A stretch of 64,000 bases of DNA, taken from an uncultured delta proteobacterium. Lineage in GTDB: Bacteria > Myxococcota_A > Polyangia > Polyangiales > Houyiibacteriaceae. A model generated the notes under the pieces. It was given only the letters and a program-made list of their open reading frames with translations. It did not search any database and was not told the DNA's origin. Below are positions 57,753 to 64,000 of this stretch, in pieces (within the stretch, counting starts at the first letter, position 1; every line of letters starts with the position of its first letter). A program made the translations under genes and the position numbers. The DNA lies in assembly GCA_963699755.1 (NCBI GenBank), contig CAVOVB010000002.1, forward strand, positions 160,001 through 224,000, given 5' to 3'.

Positions 57753-57897
57753 TGGCGCCCTCCGAGCTGGCGATACCAAACCCTGGAACGGGGGCAACGA
57801 GATTCGGAACGCAGCGGGGGTAGCGTGAAATCCATCCTCTGTGCCTGGGATGATGCGGCTAACCTTGGCGCTGAAGCTCAATTCAACTTGCATTGTC

Positions 57898-57935
57898 TCT
57901 ACCATTTGGTAGACATATGACGACCAGTTGGTAGA
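57898..57935. promoter_or_regulatory. Tandem TetR-type operators
   Basis: TCTACCA-TT-TGGTAGA at 57898-57913 and ACGACCAGTTGGTAGA at 57920-57935, directly upstream of the TetR start. Confidence 0.7.
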
Positions 57936-57938
57936 GAG

Positions 57939-58547
57939 ATGGACGTCCGCGATCAGATTCTCACCCAGGCAGCGCGATTGTTCGCAGAGCAGGGGTACGA
58001 TGGGACTTCGGTGCAGGAGATCGCCGACGCGGTTGGCATCCGGAAGCCGAGCCTCCTCTATCACTTCAGGTCGAAGGACGAGCTTCGCGAGAACGTGCTG
58101 GCCGAGATGTTGGCACACTGGAGCGCCGTCTTGCCCGGCCTTCTGTTGAAGGCGTCCACCGAAGAGCGATTCGACGCGACGATGGAAGCACTGAGCGAGT
58201 TCTTCATCGAGGACCCGGATCGCGCGCGTCTCTTTCTTCGCGAGACCCTCGACCGACCCGAACAGATGCGGGTGATGCTAGCAGCGTACGTCCGGCCCTG
58301 GGTCGAGCTTCTCGGCGGGCAACTAGAGCGCGCCAAGGGGCAAGGCGTGGTGCGACTAGACGTCGACCCCCAAGCGTACGCGGTCGAAGTGATCACCATG
58401 GTGGTAGCCGGCACCGCGGTCATCGACACGGTGCAAACGATTCTACCTGATGATCCGGTTCGAGGAAGTACTCGAATGCGTCACGCGCGGGAATTGATCC
58501 GCGTCGCTCGATCGAGCCTCTACACAGAGAACGAAGGCGAGAACTAG
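57939..58547 (+). CDS. TetR/AcrR family transcriptional regulator
   Basis: AARLFAEQGYDGTSVQEIADAVGIRKPSLLYHFRSKDEL. Confidence 0.93.
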   Translation: MDVRDQILTQAARLFAEQGYDGTSVQEIADAVGIRKPSLLYHFRSKDELRENVLAEMLAHWSAVLPGLLLKASTEERFDATMEALSEFFIEDPDRARLFLRETLDRPEQMRVMLAAYVRPWVELLGGQLERAKGQGVVRLDVDPQAYAVEVITMVVAGTAVIDTVQTILPDDPVRGSTRMRHARELIRVARSSLYTENEGEN

Positions 58548-58549
58548 AT

Positions 58550-60478
58550 ATGGCCAATTTCTTCAAAGACAACGATGATCTTCAGTACTACTTCGACAAG
58601 GGCATCGACTGGGACTCGCTCGTGCAAATCACCGAGCACGACTTCGCAGGTGCCAACGGCGAGGGTTTCAGCAGCACCGAGGAAGCAGTCGAGTTCTATC
58701 GGGACATCATCGAGATGTTCGGGCAGTTCGCCGCAGAGGAGATCAAGCCCCACGAAAAGGAAATCGACGAAAAAGGAGTCGAATTCGTCGGCGGGGAGGT
58801 TCGGTTCCCCGAACGGCTCGCCGGGATTTTCGAGAAGATCAAAGAGCTCGACCTGCATGGTCTCCCGATCCCGCGTGAGCTTGGCGGGATGAACGCCCCG
58901 ATGATGGTGTACTTCATCAACAGTGAGTTGATGGCGCGAGCCGACGTATCTGCGATGGCGCACCATGGCTTCCACGCCGGCATGGCGATGGCGGCAATCG
59001 TGTTCTCCGCGCTCGAAGGGAGCTCGGACATCGATCCCGTGACCGGCCGGATCAACGAGACTCGCTGGCGGAAGATGGTCGAAGAGATCGCGACCGGCGA
59101 AGCCTGGGGCTGCATGGACATCACCGAGCCCGACGCCGGGTCTGACATGGCTGCGCTGCGCACGGTCGGCGAGCAAGACGGGGAAGGCAACTGGTTTGTA
59201 ACAGGCGAGAAGATCTTCATCACCTCAGGTCACGGCAAGTATCACTTCGTGATCGCGCGCACCGAGGAGCTCGACCCTGACGATCCGATGAGCGGGCTCG
59301 ACGGGCTTTCGATGTTCCTGGTGAAGACCTATGAAGACGGCGCGGAGGGAAATCGGACGCGCATCGTGCAGCTGAGCCGCGTCGAGGAGAAGCTCGGCCA
59401 CCACGGTTCTGCCACCTGCGGGCTCGTCTTCGACAGGGCGCCAGCGGAATTGGTCGGCCAACGGGGCGAGGGTTTCAAGTACATGCTCACCCTGATGAAC
59501 AATGCGAGGCTCGGTGTTGGTTTCGAGTGCCTCGGGCTGAGCGAGTCGGCCTACCGGGCCGCCGTTGAATATGCCTCCGAACGTGCCTCGATGGGCAAAA
59601 CGATCGATCGCCACGAGATGATCGCAGAGTACCTCGAAACCATGCGGACCGAGATTCAGGGCGTCCGCGCGATGGCCGTGACCGCATGTTTCCACGAGGA
59701 AATGGCACAGAAGCTGGGACTCACGCTTCGATACAGCGACCTCGCTGAAGACGAGCAGAAGCGCTTGCAGCAGCTGTTGGAGTCACATCAGAAGCAGGCG
59801 CGTCGCATCACTCCGCTGCTCAAATACTTCGCAGCGGAGAAGGCGGTGGAGCACGCGCGGACTTCTCTCCAGATCCACGGCGGCAATGGCTACATCACCG
59901 AGTACCTTCCCGAGAAGCTCCTTCGCGATGCGCTGGTGATGCCGATTTACGAAGGGACGAGCCAGATTCAAGCTTTGATGGCCATGAAAGACACGCTCGG
60001 CGGGATCATCAAGAGCCCGCAGGAGTTCGTGCGGGCCCTGGCACAGGCTCGCTGGCGTGCGTTGTCGAGCCGCAATCCGCTCGAGCGACGGGTCGCCCAG
60101 CTTCAGACGGTATCACTGAGCGCACAACAACACCTCGTTCTCAGAACCGCGGGCGACAAGGTTCGGGGCCTTCGCGGAAAGCCCATCCGCGCGTGGTCTG
60201 ACGAGCTGACCAAGAACTGGAACCCGAAACGCGATTTCTCGTTTGCGATGCTTCACGCCGAACGGCTGATCCAGATTCTCGGCGATACTGTGATCGCCGA
60301 GCTTCTCCTCGAGCAAGCCGCGAAGCATCCCGAGCGAGCCGAAGTGCTCGAACGGCACCTCGACTTGGCGGAGACGAGAGCACGCTATTTGCTGGATCGG
60401 ATCACGTCGACCGGCCATCGCCTCTTGAAGGAGCTCTCACCGGAATCGGCTCAGACGACGCGCCAAGCCGCGGAGTGA
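58550..60478 (+). CDS. Acyl-CoA dehydrogenase (long type)
   Basis: MDITEPDAGSD, KIFITSG, KLGHHGSATC, LQIHGGNGY and IYEGTSQIQ. Confidence 0.93.
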   Translation: MANFFKDNDDLQYYFDKGIDWDSLVQITEHDFAGANGEGFSSTEEAVEFYRDIIEMFGQFAAEEIKPHEKEIDEKGVEFVGGEVRFPERLAGIFEKIKELDLHGLPIPRELGGMNAPMMVYFINSELMARADVSAMAHHGFHAGMAMAAIVFSALEGSSDIDPVTGRINETRWRKMVEEIATGEAWGCMDITEPDAGSDMAALRTVGEQDGEGNWFVTGEKIFITSGHGKYHFVIARTEELDPDDPMSGLDGLSMFLVKTYEDGAEGNRTRIVQLSRVEEKLGHHGSATCGLVFDRAPAELVGQRGEGFKYMLTLMNNARLGVGFECLGLSESAYRAAVEYASERASMGKTIDRHEMIAEYLETMRTEIQGVRAMAVTACFHEEMAQKLGLTLRYSDLAEDEQKRLQQLLESHQKQARRITPLLKYFAAEKAVEHARTSLQIHGGNGYITEYLPEKLLRDALVMPIYEGTSQIQALMAMKDTLGGIIKSPQEFVRALAQARWRALSSRNPLERRVAQLQTVSLSAQQHLVLRTAGDKVRGLRGKPIRAWSDELTKNWNPKRDFSFAMLHAERLIQILGDTVIAELLLEQAAKHPERAEVLERHLDLAETRARYLLDRITSTGHRLLKELSPESAQTTRQAAE

Positions 60479-61507
60479 ACGCAGCGAGAGCCAATCCTTC
60501 GGGTTGAGGCTCTGATACCAGTCGTTCGCCTCGTACCATTGGTGCGTGAGACGGATGCCTTGTGCGAGGTCGATCTCGGCGGTGAAACCGAAGTCTTGTC
60601 TTGCTGCGTCGCCCACACAGGTCCAGGCCTGCTGAGAGCCTAACCTCGCCTTCTGAAGGTTGAGAATTCGCGGTTTCTTGTCGATCCGTGTCGCGACCTC
60701 GCCTGCAAAAGCCGATACCCACATCACTTGCTCGGGGAGATCCAAGTCCCGGACCGGCCTGCCGACGACCCGGACAATCTCGCCCTGGAACTGCTCCCAG
60801 GTCAGCTCCTCATCGTTCGTCAGGAAGTACCCCTTGCCGACGCTCTGCTCATGACCGGCCGCTTGGAGAATTCCGCGTACGCAATCATCGACGTAGATCC
60901 ACGACATGCGGTGGTCGCGGTTTCCGTAGTACAGATTCCATCCGAGCATTGCGCTCTGAAACAAAGCGAAATGGTCGACGTCGCCGGGCCCGTAGACCGC
61001 GCAAGGGCGCACGATCGTCCATGCCACTTGGTCCGACTCTTCCTCGACGACGCGTTCCGCTTCTAGCTTGCTCGTCCCGTAGTGTTCGATCGGTCGCGGC
61101 GGGTTCTCCTCCCGTTGCGGTGCAGATGTCGCTGATGGGCCGTACGAAGCGGACGACGAAACCAGGACGAAGCGCTTCGCAGCGGGGTGCGCGTCGCGGA
61201 CTGCCTTCAATAGGTTGCGGGTCGGCATGACGTTTCCACGTCGGAAGTCCTCGTAGGATGTCCCTTTCGTCACCCCGGCCACGTGCAAGACGTAATCCGG
61301 CCGTTCTTCGCCGATGACTCGCTCCAAGTCGGCGGCGCGAGCATAGTCTGCCTCCACCGATCGGCCAGCCTTCGAGGGAGGCGACCCCGGTCGGCGAATC
61401 GCTACGACGTCGGAACCGGAGGCAAGAAGCTCGTCGCGCAGCCGGCCGCCGATGAAGCCGCTCGCTCCGGTAATCAGCACCTTTCCATCGAGTTTGGGCA
61501 TCGCCAT
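60437..61507 (-). CDS. NAD-dependent epimerase/dehydratase (3-beta-HSD-like extended SDR)
   Basis: ITGASGFIG, HVAG, YGTSK and RP..VYGPGD. Confidence 0.9.
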   Translation of the reverse strand: MAMPKLDGKVLITGASGFIGGRLRDELLASGSDVVAIRRPGSPPSKAGRSVEADYARAADLERVIGEERPDYVLHVAGVTKGTSYEDFRRGNVMPTRNLLKAVRDAHPAAKRFVLVSSSASYGPSATSAPQREENPPRPIEHYGTSKLEAERVVEEESDQVAWTIVRPCAVYGPGDVDHFALFQSAMLGWNLYYGNRDHRMSWIYVDDCVRGILQAAGHEQSVGKGYFLTNDEELTWEQFQGEIVRVVGRPVRDLDLPEQVMWVSAFAGEVATRIDKKPRILNLQKARLGSQQAWTCVGDAARQDFGFTAEIDLAQGIRLTHQWYEANDWYQSLNPKDWLSLRSLRGLARRLSRFR

Positions 61508-61585
61508 CCCGAGGTCCTGCCCCGCGCTGGGCGAATGTGCAAGCCCGGATTGACCCCGAGTAGGAGCTGAGAAACGCTTCTGCCG

Positions 61586-62980
61586 ATGACCAGGCGCTTC
61601 CACACGATTTCTCCAGTTGATGGCAGTATCGTCTTCGAGCGCGCGCTCGATGGGGCCGAAGAGATCGAGCGAACACTGACCGACGCGCGAAAAGCCTTTG
61701 AGGCCTGGAAGGAGCGCAAGCTCGAGGAGCGCTGCACGATGGTTCGGCGTTTCGTCGAGTTCGCGGTCCACGATGCGGACGCCATCGCCCAAGAGCTCAC
61801 GATGCAAATGGGACGGCCGGTGCGCGACGGCGGTGGCGAAGTGGGCGGATGGCTGCTTCGCGGGCGAACGATGATCGACCTCGCAGCCGAGGGTCTGGCT
61901 GAGATCCAGCTCGAGGCTCGGGATGGCTTCACTCGGTTCATTCGGCGGGAACCCCTGGGCGTCGTTCTCATCGTTGCGCCGTGGAACTACCCCTGGCTAA
62001 CGGCAGTCAACGCCCTGGTGCCAGCGCTCGTCGCTGGCAACACGGTTGTCCTCAAGCATTCGGAGCAGACCCCGCTCGTCGCAGAGCGTCTCGCACGCGC
62101 GGCCAAGGAGGCCGGGCTGCCCGCGGGTGTGCTCCAGGTCCTCTATTTGAATCATGCCGGCGTCGCCGACGTCATCGCAGATCCCCGCATCGCGTTCGTC
62201 GCGTTCACGGGCTCGGTCGAAGGCGGCCACGCGGTTCAGAGAGCCGCATCCAATCGCTTCATCGGCGCCTCGCTCGAGCTCGGAGGCAAAGATCCGGCAT
62301 ATGTCTGTAGCGACGCCGATATCGAGCGCTCGGCAGCCAATCTCGTCGACGGTGCGTTCTACAATGCAGGGCAGTCGTGCTGCGGCATCGAGAGAATCTA
62401 CGTACATCACGAAGTGTACAAGCCTTTCCTCGAAGCGTTCGCTGCCGTCGCCAACGAGCTCCTGCTCGGCGATCCGCGCGATTCGGCGACGACGCTTGGC
62501 CCGGTCGTCCGCATCCGGAACGCCAAGGGCATCCAATCCCAAATCGACGAAGCGATCGCGGCTGGCGCGCGCGGCCTGCTCGACCCCAGCCATTTCGAAG
62601 AAGCCAAGCGTGGCCTCCCCTACATGGCGCCGCAAGCGCTAATCGGCGTCGATCACTCGATGCGGATCATGAGGGAAGAAACCTTCGGCCCGGCCGTTGG
62701 CATCATGCGGGTGCGGGATGACGCCGAAGCCATCGCCCTGATGAACGATAGCGACTACGGCCTCACCGCCTCGGTCTGGACGAGTGACCTCGAACATGCG
62801 CAACGGCTCGGCGCCAGCGTCGACACCGGAACCTGGTTCATGAATCGCTGCGACTACCTCGACCCCGAGCTCGCCTGGGTGGGAGTCAAGGACTCTGGTC
62901 GCGGGTGTAGCCTCTCGACACTCGGCTATGCGCAGCTTACTCGGCCCAAGTCGTTCCATCTGCGCCACCGGCCCGGCTAA
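61586..62980 (+). CDS. Aldehyde dehydrogenase family protein
   Basis: PWNYP, FTGS, LELGGKDP, GQSCC and EETFGP. Confidence 0.95.
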   Translation: MTRRFHTISPVDGSIVFERALDGAEEIERTLTDARKAFEAWKERKLEERCTMVRRFVEFAVHDADAIAQELTMQMGRPVRDGGGEVGGWLLRGRTMIDLAAEGLAEIQLEARDGFTRFIRREPLGVVLIVAPWNYPWLTAVNALVPALVAGNTVVLKHSEQTPLVAERLARAAKEAGLPAGVLQVLYLNHAGVADVIADPRIAFVAFTGSVEGGHAVQRAASNRFIGASLELGGKDPAYVCSDADIERSAANLVDGAFYNAGQSCCGIERIYVHHEVYKPFLEAFAAVANELLLGDPRDSATTLGPVVRIRNAKGIQSQIDEAIAAGARGLLDPSHFEEAKRGLPYMAPQALIGVDHSMRIMREETFGPAVGIMRVRDDAEAIALMNDSDYGLTASVWTSDLEHAQRLGASVDTGTWFMNRCDYLDPELAWVGVKDSGRGCSLSTLGYAQLTRPKSFHLRHRPG

Positions 62981-63018
62981 CCTGGTCATCGCTGTCTGGG
63001 TCGCTATAGTCGGCCGCG

Positions 63019-63762
63019 ATGAAGCCGCCGGTCCTACGCTGCCGCCACGTGAACAAACGCTATCGGAAGTTCACGGCGCTCAAAGACCTGTCGCTCGAGG
63101 TCTATGAAGGCGAAATCTTCGCGCTGCTCGGCCCCAACGGAGCGGGAAAGTCGACTCTGATCCACTGCATCACGGGGCTGGCCAAGCAAACCGGAGGAAG
63201 CATCGAGGTACTCGGTTTCGACACGATGAGAGACTTCCGGACCACTCGCCGCCTGGTTGGCTTGGTGCCGCAGGAGATCGGCTACGACCCGTTCTTCACC
63301 CCACTCGAAAGCCTGATGATTCAAATGGGGCTCATGGGAGTCGAGCCAAATCGGGAGCGGGCCGAGGCTCTCCTCGAGACCTTTGCCCTCAGCGACAAGC
63401 GCGACGCATATACCCGCACCCTCTCTGGCGGTATGAAGCGGCGGCTGCTCGTCGCGAAGTCACTGGTCCACGAGCCTCGGCTGCTCTTCCTCGACGAACC
63501 GACCTCCGGCGTGGATGTCGAGCTTCGCCACGAGCTCTGGCAAGAGGTCCAGGACCTCCGCACAGCCGGCACGACAATCGTGCTGACCACTCACTACATC
63601 GAAGAAGCCGAGAAGCTCGCCGACCGCATTGGCATTCTGCACAATGGCGAGCTCCTACTGGTGGAAAGCCGTGAAAGCCTGTTGGAGCGCCACGGCGGAC
63701 GCTCACTCGAAGACATCTACCTGGAGCTGATCCACAAGGCAGATGGAAGACACGCGGCATGA
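63019..63762 (+). CDS. ABC-2 type transporter ATP-binding protein (YadG-like)
   Basis: GPNGAGKS, LSGGMKRR, LDEPT and TTHY. Confidence 0.93.
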   Translation: MKPPVLRCRHVNKRYRKFTALKDLSLEVYEGEIFALLGPNGAGKSTLIHCITGLAKQTGGSIEVLGFDTMRDFRTTRRLVGLVPQEIGYDPFFTPLESLMIQMGLMGVEPNRERAEALLETFALSDKRDAYTRTLSGGMKRRLLVAKSLVHEPRLLFLDEPTSGVDVELRHELWQEVQDLRTAGTTIVLTTHYIEEAEKLADRIGILHNGELLLVESRESLLERHGGRSLEDIYLELIHKADGRHAA

Positions 63763-64000
63763 GCACGATCGCCCTCAAGACGCTCTTCCTGAAAGAGGTT
63801 CGCCGCTTTAGCAAAGTCTGGCTGCAAACGGTGCTCAGCCCGCTCGTCACGACCAGTCTCTATTTCTTGGTGTTTGGCGTTGCGCTGGGCTCTCGTCTCC
63901 GCGAGATCTCGGGCGTGCCCTACATCCAGTTCGTCGTTCCCGGACTGGTCATGATGACGATGATTCGAGACTCCTTCCTGAACACTTCGTCGAGTCTCTT
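63759..64000 (+). CDS. ABC-2 type permease (YadH-like), truncated by the window edge
   Basis: MSTIALKTLFLKEVRRF...QTVLSP...LYFLVFG...FVVPGL; ATGA overlap. Confidence 0.88.
   Translation, partial: MSTIALKTLFLKEVRRFSKVWLQTVLSPLVTTSLYFLVFGVALGSRLREISGVPYIQFVVPGLVMMTMIRDSFLNTSSSL

Overview
High-GC bacterial DNA, most likely Myxococcota (a MYXO-CTERM-like sorting tail and a Gly-rich lipoprotein linker are present). It is dense in lipid and sterol-type metabolism: several acyl-CoA dehydrogenases, a FATP-like ligase, SCP2, a DUF35 plus thiolase-like pair, a FadL-like porin, and a sulfotransferase with DUF1214. It also carries a complete A/V-type ATP synthase operon in archaeal gene order (H-I-K-E-C-F-A-B-D), plus msrA, amtB, menB, pdxJ and infA. 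The best candidate for an undescribed system is a RiPP-like operon at 32.3-36.4 kb. It encodes a 68-aa precursor with a twin-arginine-like leader, a YxxP motif and a core of five Cys-x-Pro-x-x repeats, followed by a radical SAM enzyme with a reduced SPASM region, a stand-alone PqqD/RRE, an HPr-kinase-like P-loop protein, a SAM methyltransferase and a convergent nucleotidyltransferase, all behind a near-consensus sigma-54 promoter. Just upstream lie two elements the ORF track misses: an RRM RNA-binding protein gene with no ATG/GTG/TTG in frame (probable ATC start) and a convergent ~110-nt candidate sRNA with its own promoter and terminator. Other notable items are a eukaryote-like MAPR/PGRMC1-type heme protein, a twice-repeated KstR-consensus operator, a 199-bp MITE-like element and many apparently leaderless genes. 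I saw no rRNA, tRNA, CRISPR array or transposase. All calls come from reading motifs by eye; no searches were run.
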